Assembly: GCA_963702845.1 (NCBI GenBank)
Contig: OY969763.1
Span: forward strand, 3,456,001 to 3,520,000
Source: an uncultured Verrucomicrobiae bacterium
Lineage (GTDB): Bacteria; Verrucomicrobiota; Verrucomicrobiia; Limisphaerales; Palsa-1400
DNA length: 64,000 nt
Direction: 5' to 3'
Shown here: in pieces, positions 37,098 to 46,328 of the stretch
How the letters are laid out: every line of letters starts with the position of its first letter
Numbering within the stretch: the first letter of the stretch is position 1
The notes under the pieces: generated by a model
What the model saw: only the letters and a program-made list of their open reading frames with translations
The model's database searches: none
What the model was told of the DNA's origin: nothing
Program-made: the position numbers and the translations under genes

Positions 37098-39000
37098 CGC
37101 CACGTTTCCGCAACATCGCTTCCATGGCCTTATCCATCAGCAAATCGGCCAAAGGCTTCGTTTCCTCGTCGAGCGCTGCGACCGCCGCTTTCAATTTAAT
37201 CGGGTCGCCAACTTTCGTCGTCGCGTCTTCGGCAGCAATGACCGCTTCAACGCCGCGCATTGCCGTTTCCACTTTCGTCGCGTAGTCGGCATCTAATTCC
37301 GCGGCGCAATCGGCCAAACCCTTCCTCGCCGCTGCCAACGTATCGTCCGCGCGCAACTTCGCTTCCACCCACTGCCGCGCCCGCAAATCATCGAACGCGT
37401 GCTCCACCGATTCCTCCACCATCTTCTGCACTTCCTCATCCGACACATCCACCGCAGACTTCATCTGCACAATCACCTGTTTCCCGGTGCGAATATCGCG
37501 TGCGAGCACGTGCAGAATTCCGTTCGCATCGATCTCAAATTGCACACCAACGCGCGGCACACCTTTGGGCGCGCGCTCAAAACCGAGCGTAAAATTCCCC
37601 AAACTCCAGTTGTCGCCAGCGCGTTCACGTTCACCCTGCAAGACGTGAATTAACATGTCCTTCTGATAATCCACCGCCGTCGTAAACACTTCTCCCGCCT
37701 TGAGCGGAATCGTCGAGTTACGCGGAATAATGACATTCATCAACCCGCCAAAAGTTTCAATCCCCAGCGACAACGGCGTTACGTCCAGCAAGAGCAAGTG
37801 TTTGAATCCGCCCGACAAAATTTCCGCCTGGATGGCCGCGCCGAGCGCAACTGCTTCGTCCGGATTCTGTGAAGTATTCAACTGTGGCCCATCGCCTTTG
37901 TGATACTCCGTCCCCAATCGAATTCCGCCGCGCGTTTCTTCAAACTCCGCGCAACCGAACCATTCCCCAACCAACTTCCTCACCAACGGCATTCGCGTCT
38001 GGCCACCGACCAAAATCACCTGGTCCAAATCACTCGCCTGCAACTTCGCATCCGCCAACGCCCGCACACAATGTTCACGCGTGCGTTCGACGATATCCCG
38101 CGTCAACACCTCCAAGTCCGCGCGCGTCAGTTTGTAACTGAAGCTGAAAGTCGCCGTCAAAAACGGCAGTGCAATTTCAACAACTTCTTCACTCGAAAGT
38201 TGGATCTTCGCGTCCTCCGCTACTTCGCGAATGCGCGACAACATTGGCAAATCATTAGCGGCATCGGGCCCACCCGCCGTCTTTATCTTATCGACAACAA
38301 ATTCAACAATGCGTCGGTCCAAATCATCACCACCCAGTCGCGTGTTGCCGCTCGTCGAAAGCACCTGAAACACCCCTTCGTTCAGTTCGAGAATCGACAG
38401 ATCAAACGTGCCGCCGCCCAAATCATACACCGCCACCTTCGCGTGTTCCTTCAGCTTATCCAACCCATACGCGAGCGCAGCCGCCGTCGGTTCATTCACG
38501 ATTCGCTCGACCGTAAATCCAGCAAGCTCCCCTGCCCGTTTCGTCGCGTTGCGCTGCGCATCATTAAAATATGCCGGCACCGTAATCACCGCTCGCGTCA
38601 CCGGTTCACCCAGCGTAGCTTCCGCATCGCGTTTTAATTTCTTCAAAACCTCTGCCGAAATTTCCTCCGGTGTCCACTTGCGCCCAAACAATTCGACTGT
38701 GACCGGCCCTGCCCCTTCACCGCGCACTGGATAAATCACCGAGGTCTCCTCGCGCGAAATTTCATTACCGCGCCGTCCCATGAAACGCTTGATCGAATAA
38801 ACCGTCTGCTCCGGCTTCAACGCACGCACACGATTCGCCTTTTCCCCAACAATCGGCTCCGCATCCGCCGCGGGAAAATGAATCACCGACGGCGTGAGCC
38901 GCCGTCCTTCCGCGTCAGCAATGACGTACGGAATTCCCGAATCCACCGTGGCCACCAGCGAATTCGTCGTGCCCAAATCAATGCCAACAATTTTGCTCAT
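37087..39000 (-). CDS. Hsp70 family chaperone (HscA/DnaK-like)
   Basis: GIDLGTTNS, ITVPAYFNDAQR, VNEPTAAALAYG, DLGGGTFD, LVGGQTRMP, NPDEAVALGAA, LLDVTPLSLGIET; lacks the DnaK acidic tail. Confidence 0.92.
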   Translation of the reverse strand: MSKIVGIDLGTTNSLVATVDSGIPYVIADAEGRRLTPSVIHFPAADAEPIVGEKANRVRALKPEQTVYSIKRFMGRRGNEISREETSVIYPVRGEGAGPVTVELFGRKWTPEEISAEVLKKLKRDAEATLGEPVTRAVITVPAYFNDAQRNATKRAGELAGFTVERIVNEPTAAALAYGLDKLKEHAKVAVYDLGGGTFDLSILELNEGVFQVLSTSGNTRLGGDDLDRRIVEFVVDKIKTAGGPDAANDLPMLSRIREVAEDAKIQLSSEEVVEIALPFLTATFSFSYKLTRADLEVLTRDIVERTREHCVRALADAKLQASDLDQVILVGGQTRMPLVRKLVGEWFGCAEFEETRGGIRLGTEYHKGDGPQLNTSQNPDEAVALGAAIQAEILSGGFKHLLLLDVTPLSLGIETFGGLMNVIIPRNSTIPLKAGEVFTTAVDYQKDMLIHVLQGERERAGDNWSLGNFTLGFERAPKGVPRVGVQFEIDANGILHVLARDIRTGKQVIVQMKSAVDVSDEEVQKMVEESVEHAFDDLRARQWVEAKLRADDTLAAARKGLADCAAELDADYATKVETAMRGVEAVIAAEDATTKVGDPIKLKAAVAALDEETKPLADLLMDKAMEAMLRKRGVIQ

Positions 39001-39018
39001 GTTCTGCAAGAGACGACT

Positions 39019-41559
39019 CTACCGCACAAAGGTCGCTTTGACTCGTCGCGAATTCTGCATGTAACTGCCCCAAAGCAACGCACCGAGAAAAATCGCAACA
39101 GGATTCGTGTATGTCTTCGCATCTCCTCCTTTGATCATGTGCACCAATCCCGCGTCAATGGCCACTCCGATCGCTTGCACGGTCAGAAAAAGAATAAACA
39201 ACGTTGGAAACAACCGCCGCTTTTTAAAAAACAATATTAACAGGAACACCGCGAAAATGCTCATGCCCAAATTAAAGAGCAGGTCAAAAATCAACGTCGG
39301 CGCCCACAGCGAATTGTAATCAGTTGAGCCCGGCATTGTCAGCGCTTGCCACGATGCCAGCGAATAAACCGGCCACGATTTTGCGACCGCTCCAAGTTTG
39401 GCGAATATTCCCATGATGAGCAGGAAGCAAAGCACCGCCAGCCACCCACCAAGTCCCTCCAGGTGTTTGTCTGTCTCTACGGCCATCAATGGCGGAGCCG
39501 CGGGCTGATACCGGCAAGCAAAGACTCCGCCGACCAAAACCAACGACGAAAAGCAAAAACCAATCCCGATGATCGCCCAGTTTGGATCGTTCGACACCAA
39601 TGACGCTATCGGTTTCGTAACAGTAAACGCCGCGTCATCGGTCACCTGATTTACAGCGCGTTTATACGCTCCAACTTTCGCAGCCGGCACCGTGTCGGTG
39701 AAAGTGCGATACTTGAACACCAATGTCGTGCGCGTAACCGAATCGGTGACGTCACTCGTAAAATCAAAAAACTCATTCCTGATTTCTTTCCGGTCCGGTT
39801 TGATTCGCCACTTGGCCGGGTGATTGATCTCAATCGTGTGCTCTCTGTTCGCAGGATGATACATCGCATACGGTGAACTGCGCGTTTCACTCACCGGCGC
39901 CCCGAGCAGGTCGCGTATCGTACGCGGCGAAAAAGAACACGATTTGCGCTCGTCACGACCCTCCACCCAAATATTCGGTATTCGATAGTTCTCCTCCGTA
40001 TCGACTGTATTCGCCCGTTCATCGTCATAAATCTTCACGCTACCGACCATTTCGATCCCGGCGTAGGCAGAGGCGTAGTAATTCAGATAACTTTTCTCCA
40101 ACTCCGCTTGTGAGACATTCGCCACTGCTCGCCGCAAACCATCCGCGTCCAACCCGCTCGTCCGCGACTTGACCTTCAAGTAGGTCATTCCATTTGTTCC
40201 GACAATCGAGAAGCTCTCCGTCACCGTCATGTGCGGAACGCCAGTCTGCATCGGCTCAATCCGCACCAACTGCGTCGCTTCCGGATCGACCACCAGCCCA
40301 AACCGATAATCTGGAAAATAACGGTCCTTCAATCCGCCGCGTTGTTGACTGATCGTTGGGTCCACATAGTAAGTTTTTTCACCAACCACCAACTGAACCA
40401 CGACATGGTTGAACGCGAACGGTGACGGCTGCCAATCTTCAATGCTGCGTCGCGCGTAACTATTCACCAGCACCGGTTTTGCCACGACACCGAGTTCGCG
40501 CAACATCGTGCACAACAAAAATGCCTTGTCCTTGCAATCGCCGAAGCGTCGCGCGAACACCGTCGATGGATCCGACGGTTCATGCGAATGCGGGCCAAAC
40601 TCGATTCCCATGTAACGAATCTGGTCCTGCACAAATTGAACCGCCGCAGTCGCCCGCACCTCTGCCTGCTTATTGAGCCCCCACAATCGCATGCTGTTTT
40701 GCAGCTCGGGCGACAGCTCGTTTTTCGAAACGTAAAGCTTGCACGCCCACCGCGCGACCTCTGCCCAATTTGCATATTCGGTCACGTTGATTTGCGGATG
40801 CGTTTCGTACCAAATCGGCGTTCCTGGCTCCGCCGCGAGGGCTGGAACGTTCGACCATTTCCAAACATATTCCGTTTCGTCATCCGTCCGCGTGACGGTC
40901 GGCTGCACAACCGTGCCCCGGTTCTGGATCGTAATCCGTCGTGATGACGGGCAGACCAGGCGATAGCGCTGATTTTGCACCGGCACCTGCCACTGAACGT
41001 ACCAGGCGTTCGCAAACCGGTTTTCAAGAATCGGATTCGTTCCTTTAACCGTGTAGCTGAAATCGATCAGGTCTCCCGGACGCACATCTTCCAGCAAACA
41101 AATCGCCGACCAACTTCCGTTGTAAATGTTTCGATCAAGATCCTTTTCCTGCTGAATGAGCTTGAACTTCTTTTCATCCATTTGACTCACCGCGTTGGTG
41201 CCGCGGATCACCCAAACACTGTGAATGATCAATTCCTGATAGGTCGGATCGAAATCGAACGAGAGTTGCGAGCCGTGTTCCACTCCCGTTTCGTTCAATA
41301 CCTGCCGGCAAATTCGCGTGTAGATTTCGCCTGTTCCAATATTTTCCTGCGAGTCGAGTAATAGAAATGCCTGACCCGACGATTCGTTCTTGTGCAGCGG
41401 CAACCTGTCGATGTGGTTCGTAAAAAGACGAACCCAGTCGGACTCAGGACCGAAGTTACATTTGGATTTCGGTTTCTCTTGCGCCGCAACCGGCATCACA
41501 TGAACCAAAACCAGCACTGCTATAAAAAATGCGACCACCCGTCGCGTTGTTTGGACCAT
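39019..41559 (-). CDS. DUF3857 + transglutaminase-like domain protein with C-terminal DUF2569 membrane domain
   Basis: DVRPGDLIDFSY, FVQDQIRY, RRFGDCKDKA, FNHVVV, YYVDPT (C-H-D triad); GLGGWL, TMs and SRRVKATFVR. Confidence 0.88.
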   Translation of the reverse strand: MVQTTRRVVAFFIAVLVLVHVMPVAAQEKPKSKCNFGPESDWVRLFTNHIDRLPLHKNESSGQAFLLLDSQENIGTGEIYTRICRQVLNETGVEHGSQLSFDFDPTYQELIIHSVWVIRGTNAVSQMDEKKFKLIQQEKDLDRNIYNGSWSAICLLEDVRPGDLIDFSYTVKGTNPILENRFANAWYVQWQVPVQNQRYRLVCPSSRRITIQNRGTVVQPTVTRTDDETEYVWKWSNVPALAAEPGTPIWYETHPQINVTEYANWAEVARWACKLYVSKNELSPELQNSMRLWGLNKQAEVRATAAVQFVQDQIRYMGIEFGPHSHEPSDPSTVFARRFGDCKDKAFLLCTMLRELGVVAKPVLVNSYARRSIEDWQPSPFAFNHVVVQLVVGEKTYYVDPTISQQRGGLKDRYFPDYRFGLVVDPEATQLVRIEPMQTGVPHMTVTESFSIVGTNGMTYLKVKSRTSGLDADGLRRAVANVSQAELEKSYLNYYASAYAGIEMVGSVKIYDDERANTVDTEENYRIPNIWVEGRDERKSCSFSPRTIRDLLGAPVSETRSSPYAMYHPANREHTIEINHPAKWRIKPDRKEIRNEFFDFTSDVTDSVTRTTLVFKYRTFTDTVPAAKVGAYKRAVNQVTDDAAFTVTKPIASLVSNDPNWAIIGIGFCFSSLVLVGGVFACRYQPAAPPLMAVETDKHLEGLGGWLAVLCFLLIMGIFAKLGAVAKSWPVYSLASWQALTMPGSTDYNSLWAPTLIFDLLFNLGMSIFAVFLLILFFKKRRLFPTLFILFLTVQAIGVAIDAGLVHMIKGGDAKTYTNPVAIFLGALLWGSYMQNSRRVKATFVR

Positions 41560-41615
41560 GAACCGAATTGTGTCCGATGCACGATAAAACGAAAAGCGTT
41601 TTCACTTGGACAACG

Positions 41616-41668
41616 TTCGGATTGCGGGTTGCGAGGACGACGTTCGGCCTCGCAACCCGCAATCCGAA
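41616..41668. terminator. Perfect 21-bp inverted repeat directly after the terminase stop codon (terminator-like)
   Basis: ttcggattgcgggttgcgagg-N11-cctcgcaacccgcaatccgaa. Confidence 0.7.
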
Positions 41669-41670
41669 AA

Positions 41671-43134
41671 TCAACACACGTGAGCACTCGGCCCTGAGCG
41701 CAGCGTCTTTGCCGCATACAACGCCAGGGCCAGTGCCCAAAAACGATCCGCATGACCGTTCTCGCTCCGACCCGCGCTAAAACGGATGTTGCCGCTCGCC
41801 GTGATTTCTTTGCGCACACTGCGCAGGTCGGCGCGAATTACGTTTTCATTTGGAGTACGAATGGTTCGCTGCTCGAATGCGGTGCGCAATGGGTAAGCGA
41901 GTTCTTCCTTCATCTCGGCCGTGAACGTCACCGGCCCGACGCGCCATTGGGTGTAGCGCTTCAAGGCGCGTTCGGCGAATTGGCGGCCGATCCCGGTATT
42001 GTCGATGCAAACGCGTTTGACGCGGTTCCATTGCATGAGCGCGTCGAGGCCGGCTTCCTGCGACTCGAAGGTTTCCTTCTCCATCGTTTCGACCAGACGT
42101 GTGTAATAGACGTCGCCCATTTTTTCGAGGAGCCACATGACCGACAAATCTTTTTCGCGCCCGATGTCCATGCCGAGAAACCAATCGTTCTGCGATTTGT
42201 TGATCATGTCTTGCGACAGTTCCCACTTGTCTTCCGGCGGGTATTCGCAACTGGCGATCAAATCATGTGGCAAAAACGCGGTGCGAATGTCGCTCGCGAC
42301 GCACATATATTCCTGCTGGAAAAATTGTTCGTCCGGACATTGGCTCCGCTGATAATTGAAATAATCCGCCTCATCCATTTCCTGCACCGGATCCTCTTCC
42401 GGCGAATGCAATTGAATCTTGTAGAGCAACCCTTGATCGAGCGCGTCTTGGAATGTCGTTTTATGGAAACTGAATTTCTTCGGATTCCCGCCATGGACAA
42501 TTTCTTCAACGAGGTCGTTGAAATACGTGTCGCGCCCGCGTTGCGTCGAAATAATTTCCAACTTGCTCCCGCCCCACATCGTGCCGGGAAAAGCGACTCC
42601 ATAAAGTTCGCGCGCGTGCGGATGCGTTGCGAACTCATCCAAAATACGATCACCCGTTTTACCCGCCTGCGCGTTGACGCTCGAGCTCATCGAAAAAATC
42701 CGGCACCCATTCGCGAACCGCAGCACATACGCCGTATGCCCCTCGTCATCGATAACCCTGAGCCCTTCCTTCTCCGCGTAAACCTGGATCCTCTGCGCAT
42801 ACGCGTAGCAACCTTCGAGAAACATACGGGCCTGCCCTTCATTGCTGCTGCACACCCATCCGTCGGTCGTACAACCCGCCAGGCTCTTGCGTTCCACCAA
42901 CGACATTTGCGACGATTTGCTCCCGCCGATCTGGCGCGACTTCAGCCAAAGCTTCAGCCGGCTATAATCGTCGATCCAACCGCGCTGATACGGCAGCGAG
43001 ATTCTTTCTTCCGGGATAATTTTAGCCCGCCCAATGTGACGGCTCGGCACGATGATCTTTGCCGGTTCCGGCAAAATCAATCCGTTCTCTGCTTTCAAAA
43101 CTCCACTCTCTGCGTTCAAAACTGTTGCATTCAT
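41671..43134 (-). CDS. Phage terminase large subunit (Mu gp28-like)
   Basis: Walker A KSRQIGGS, Walker B RILDEFA, IISTQRG, FFQQEYMC, nuclease FLGMDIGREKDLS, IDNTGIG, HADRFWALALA; intact 487 aa. Confidence 0.92.
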   Translation of the reverse strand: MNATVLNAESGVLKAENGLILPEPAKIIVPSRHIGRAKIIPEERISLPYQRGWIDDYSRLKLWLKSRQIGGSKSSQMSLVERKSLAGCTTDGWVCSSNEGQARMFLEGCYAYAQRIQVYAEKEGLRVIDDEGHTAYVLRFANGCRIFSMSSSVNAQAGKTGDRILDEFATHPHARELYGVAFPGTMWGGSKLEIISTQRGRDTYFNDLVEEIVHGGNPKKFSFHKTTFQDALDQGLLYKIQLHSPEEDPVQEMDEADYFNYQRSQCPDEQFFQQEYMCVASDIRTAFLPHDLIASCEYPPEDKWELSQDMINKSQNDWFLGMDIGREKDLSVMWLLEKMGDVYYTRLVETMEKETFESQEAGLDALMQWNRVKRVCIDNTGIGRQFAERALKRYTQWRVGPVTFTAEMKEELAYPLRTAFEQRTIRTPNENVIRADLRSVRKEITASGNIRFSAGRSENGHADRFWALALALYAAKTLRSGPSAHVC

Positions 43135-43172
43135 AAAAATTCATATTCCTTTCATCAAATAAACAAAACTTC

Positions 43173-43259
43173 GTAGCAGCCGACGTCAGGAGGCTCTAAT
43201 TTCCCTTCATTTCGGCAACACGCCGAAACAAGTCAGAGCCCCCTGACGTCGATCGCTAC
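43173..43259. repeat. REPIN-like inverted pair of GTAG REPs between the two terminase genes
   Basis: gtagcagccgacgtcaggaggctc...gagccccctgacgtcgatcgctac, imperfect inverted repeat with GTAG/CTAC ends. Confidence 0.65.
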
Positions 43260-43322
43260 CCAACTCGATTCCAACCCCCCACCCTCTTCTTCCTCATGCG
43301 AGGCCGACGTTCGGCTTCGGCC

Positions 43323-43988
43323 TTAGATCCTCATATCCCGTTTAATCCGTTCCAATTCCTCGCGCGTGATCCCGCCCCTCTGGTTCTGCTTCGACGTCGT
43401 AGTCTTCTTCGCGCGCTCCAGCGCCCGATACCGTTTCAACTCCAGCTCCGCATGCTGCGTAAACACCTCGTTCCGCAACTGCGAATTCACCGCTCGCACC
43501 AACCGGAAAAACATCCCCGGCTCCTTCTTCGCCGCCGCGAGCAACTTCTCCCCATCAAACCGTTCCAACACATCATTCAACTGCTCCGCGACCACCACAT
43601 GATTCATCAGCGCGAACCCGCTCTTCCCCCGCATCCGCCGCACCTCCTTCGCCAAATCCCCGGCCTTCTCCCGTCGTTCCACGCGCCGCTCCTTCCGCAG
43701 CACCCAATCCTGGAACCCTGTTTTCCCCCAACGCGACAACGACGACTCCGAAACCTCAAATCCCGATTTCTTAAGTTCCGCCCCGATATCCTTTAAAAGC
43801 GCCCCATCCTCAAACCGCCGATTCACCATTTCCCTCACCTTCAGCGGCAACCGCGCGACCTTGCTGACACTCCGCCTCCGCCCCGGCAAAACCGCCTCCA
43901 CGACTGGCGGCAACACCGCAATAATTTCGCTACCATCACGTGCCCCTTCTGCGACGGACAACGGACTACTAACAACTGACTCATTCAT
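43323..43988 (-). CDS. DUF3486 / Mu gp27-like small terminase subunit homologue
   Basis: SKVARLPLKVREMVN...GFEVSESSLSRW HTH, C-terminal GGITREELERIKRDM; lies directly upstream of the gp28-like terL; RBS GAAAGGTGA. Confidence 0.75.
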   Translation of the reverse strand: MNESVVSSPLSVAEGARDGSEIIAVLPPVVEAVLPGRRRSVSKVARLPLKVREMVNRRFEDGALLKDIGAELKKSGFEVSESSLSRWGKTGFQDWVLRKERRVERREKAGDLAKEVRRMRGKSGFALMNHVVVAEQLNDVLERFDGEKLLAAAKKEPGMFFRLVRAVNSQLRNEVFTQHAELELKRYRALERAKKTTTSKQNQRGGITREELERIKRDMRI

Positions 43989-44065
43989 AAAATCACCTTT
44001 CGTTCTCTCAAATCTCCAATTTCAAACTTCAGACTTTGTAATCTGTAATTTGTAATTACTTGCCG

Positions 44066-44094
44066 ATTGTGACATGTAGCCGCGTTTCAGTCAA
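44066..44094 (-). promoter_or_regulatory. Sigma70-type promoter for the terminase pair
   Basis: Minus strand TTGACT-N17-CACAAT with TGn extended -10; three AGGGAAA repeats just upstream at 44102, 44111, 44120. Confidence 0.55.
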
Positions 44095-44272
44095 AAAATG
44101 TAGGGAAACCAGGGAAAGGAGGGAAAGAAATGATATTTTTATTTGGAAAAAAATGGTGATTTTAGAGGATTGGCATGGAAGTTGATTGAGCTCTGGCGAG
44201 GTAAAGGGGGAAGTAGAAAAACATCATTGTTTGAAAAGTCATGAAGTAAGTAATTGACACTGCAACGCTCCT

Positions 44273-44975
44273 GAATCCCAACGGGATTTAAATCACTCAG
44301 CCCAGGGTTGCGAGGAACGAGCTACCCTGGGTTACGATGCAAACCAATGACCTCAACGCTGAAAGCGTTGAATCAAATGATTGATTGTACACCGTCACAA
44401 ACATCATCGTATTCTTATGTCGCAATCATTGGCGAAAATCCTCGTCCACGGCGCTTTTCCACAAAAGAACGCCGTCCCTTTCTGCGGGAAAAACCATTGC
44501 GTGACGAGTTGCACCACTACATAGGCGGCATTCTCGGAAACCTCGACTGCGTTCCGATCATCACCGGCGGCGTGGAAGACCACGTTCATTTTTTATGCGC
44601 ACTATCGCGCACGGCGCAACCTGCGGAAGTGGTCAAAGAGATCAAACGCGGTTCCTCTTTGTGGATCAAAACCAAATCTAACGACCTCCGGGATTTTGCA
44701 TGGCAAAGCGGTTACGGCATGTTTTCGATTGGATATTCCCAAATCGAATCCGCACGCAAATACATCGGCAACCAGGAAGAACATCACCGAAACATTTCGT
44801 TCCAGGACGAATTGCGCGAAATATTGAAACGGTACGACGTGCAATTCGATGAACGGTATGTTTGGGATTGAACATTTGATTCAACGCTTTCAGCGTTGAA
44901 TAAATTATTGTCCACTAACCCAGGGTAGCTCGTCCCTCGCAACCTTGGGCTGAGTGACTACAATCGCTTCGCGAT
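44273..44975 (+). mobile_element. IS200-like / REP-associated tyrosine transposase element with inverted multi-hairpin flanks
   Basis: A ~100-bp unit (cccagggttgcgaggaacgagctaccctggg + caacgctgaaagcgttg) at 44273-44375 and inverted at 44874-44975 flanks a tnpA. Confidence 0.8.
44417..44871 (+). CDS. tnpA: IS200/IS605-family (Y1 HUH) transposase, frameshift near 44452
   Basis: MSQSLAKILVH / FSTKERRPFL, EDHVHFL (HUH), FAWQSGYGMFS, KYIGNQEEHH (catalytic Y), FDERYVWD; no tnpB. Confidence 0.88.
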
Positions 44976-45043
44976 AAAAGCCCACTGATTGCAACCACCA
45001 ACGATTTCCAAAGGACTCCGCAGATCGACGTGTAACCTCCAAC

Positions 45044-45210
45044 GAATCCCAAAGGGATTCCATCACTTAGCCCAGGGTTGCGAGGAACGAGCTACCCTGG
45101 GTCACAGCCAAATAAATCAATTCAACGCTGAAAGCGTTGCATCGAATCATTGATTGTTACACGTATGCCAACACCAATGTATTGGCGTGTCGCAATCATT
45201 GGACATTCCT
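45044..45210 (+). repeat. Third copy of the element left end, including the first codons of tnpA
   Basis: Same hairpins as 44273-44375 followed by gtgtcgcaatcattgg, matching the tnpA start atgtcgcaatcattgg. Confidence 0.8.
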
Positions 45211-45300
45211 AAACTGCCCGCCACCAGCATACCATCCCTGCCTGCTTGCGGTTGACTGTCCACCTATAGATGTCCAGCATTAATCAACACGCGGCTAAAC

Positions 45301-45360
45301 TTGAACGTCGGCGAATATGTTAAAATCGGGGCAAAACAACTTCATAATCAGTGGTTAGCC
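45301..45360 (+). promoter_or_regulatory. Candidate cassette promoter (TGn-TAAAAT) and attI-like insertion site ending in GTTAGCC
   Basis: TGtTAAAAT at 45318-45326; GTTAGCC at 45354-45360 is the exact complement of the downstream attC R'' GGCTAAC. Confidence 0.5.
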
Positions 45361-45374
45361 GCTACGCGCAACGC

Positions 45375-45785
45375 ATGGAGATTATCGAATATACTGTGGC
45401 TGAGTTTCATGGTCCGGACGGCCAGTGTCGTGGCACTGTTGCGGATTTGATGCTCGATGCACACATGATTCCGCGGTGCGGTTTTATTCCACCGTTTCGC
45501 GTTGTTGCCGCCGTCATTCGTTCAGGAGGTTCGCGTGGCGGCATGAGCCCCGGCTGTGTCTGGCAGCCATTCGAGTTGAGCGAGGACGACTATTATCAGG
45601 CGGTTGCTCGCCTTGAGGGATTTACGCCTGTTGATCTCAAAGGTCGGCATCGCGACCCGCACATCACGGGCGAGATTCAACCGGATTATGCTGCATCTGA
45701 CACGGATGATTACCGAGTTTGGATTGACTCGTTAGTGCAGAGGGGGCATTTGCCAGGCGGCCCATTTCGAGAGGTGAGACGATGA
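45375..45785 (+). CDS. Integron cassette hypothetical protein (136 aa)
   Basis: ORF fills the space between GTTAGCC and the attC; contains GGMSPGCVWQPFELSEDDY. Confidence 0.75.
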   Translation: MEIIEYTVAEFHGPDGQCRGTVADLMLDAHMIPRCGFIPPFRVVAAVIRSGGSRGGMSPGCVWQPFELSEDDYYQAVARLEGFTPVDLKGRHRDPHITGEIQPDYAASDTDDYRVWIDSLVQRGHLPGGPFREVRR

Positions 45786-45792
45786 CGAGGTG

Positions 45793-45891
45793 GGCTAACA
45801 AATCGCTGCAGGCAACGCGAGATGACCGCTTCAGGTCCGCTTCGCGGTTCACGCCGAGTAGTCCCGCGCGCCTGAGCTCTGAACGTTATGC
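45793..45891 (+). other. Integron attC recombination site (99 bp)
   Basis: R'' GGCTAAC, 5-nt spacer, L'' GCTGCAGG ... L' CCTGAGC (one extra base on the L'' side), spacer, R' GTTATGC; imperfect palindromic arms. Confidence 0.85.
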
Positions 45892-46322
45892 CTGAAAGTC
45901 GAATGCTGTCGGAGCGATTCCGAGAATTGCGGGGGCGTGCGGGCCTCACCATAGAAGAGGCGTCGGCAAGGATGAACGTTTCGCCGTTCCACATCGAAAC
46001 CACAGACGATGACTTTACTATCAGCTATTCTCCTGCCGACGTGCGGCGATTCTGCAAGGTCTTAGCTGCGACGCCATGCGAACTTTTCGGGGTAATTATT
46101 GCTGAGTCGCCCGTTTCGGCTCAAGAGCTGGTGTCACGTATCAATGAAGAGTGTCTCAAGCGTGGTGTCACCCTTGAGCAGTTCGAGGATGTCGTGGGCT
46201 GGCCACTGAGTCACTGCATGGACCCTCCTGAGCGACTGCTCGACCACATGACATTGGACGGACTTCAATGGCTGTGTCGCGAACTCGGCATTCACTGGCA
46301 CAGGGTTATCTTGAGCTTATGA
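45888..46322 (+). CDS. Integron cassette XRE-family HTH protein (two HTH-like repeats)
   Basis: RFRELRGRAGLTIEEASARMNVS and RINEECLKRGVTLEQFEDVVG; ATG lies inside the attC R' box. Confidence 0.75.
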   Translation: MPESRMLSERFRELRGRAGLTIEEASARMNVSPFHIETTDDDFTISYSPADVRRFCKVLAATPCELFGVIIAESPVSAQELVSRINEECLKRGVTLEQFEDVVGWPLSHCMDPPERLLDHMTLDGLQWLCRELGIHWHRVILSL

Positions 46323-46328
46323 CAACCG

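Noticed and set aside
41752..43176. 474-aa plus-strand ORF
   Set aside because: Antisense shadow of the terminase gene; no recognisable motifs
44308..44416. N-terminal 36 codons of the tnpA ORF as given in the track
   Set aside because: Translates the repeat flank; the family-typical start MSQSLAKILVH is at 44417 in another frame
44273..45140. Three ~35-bp near-identical palindromic repeats as a possible CRISPR array
   Set aside because: Mixed orientation, irregular spacing, they flank a transposase, and there are no cas genes
45190..45300. Remnant of integron integrase intI upstream of the cassettes
   Set aside because: The minus-strand reading I checked gives only a short peptide without tyrosine-recombinase motifs
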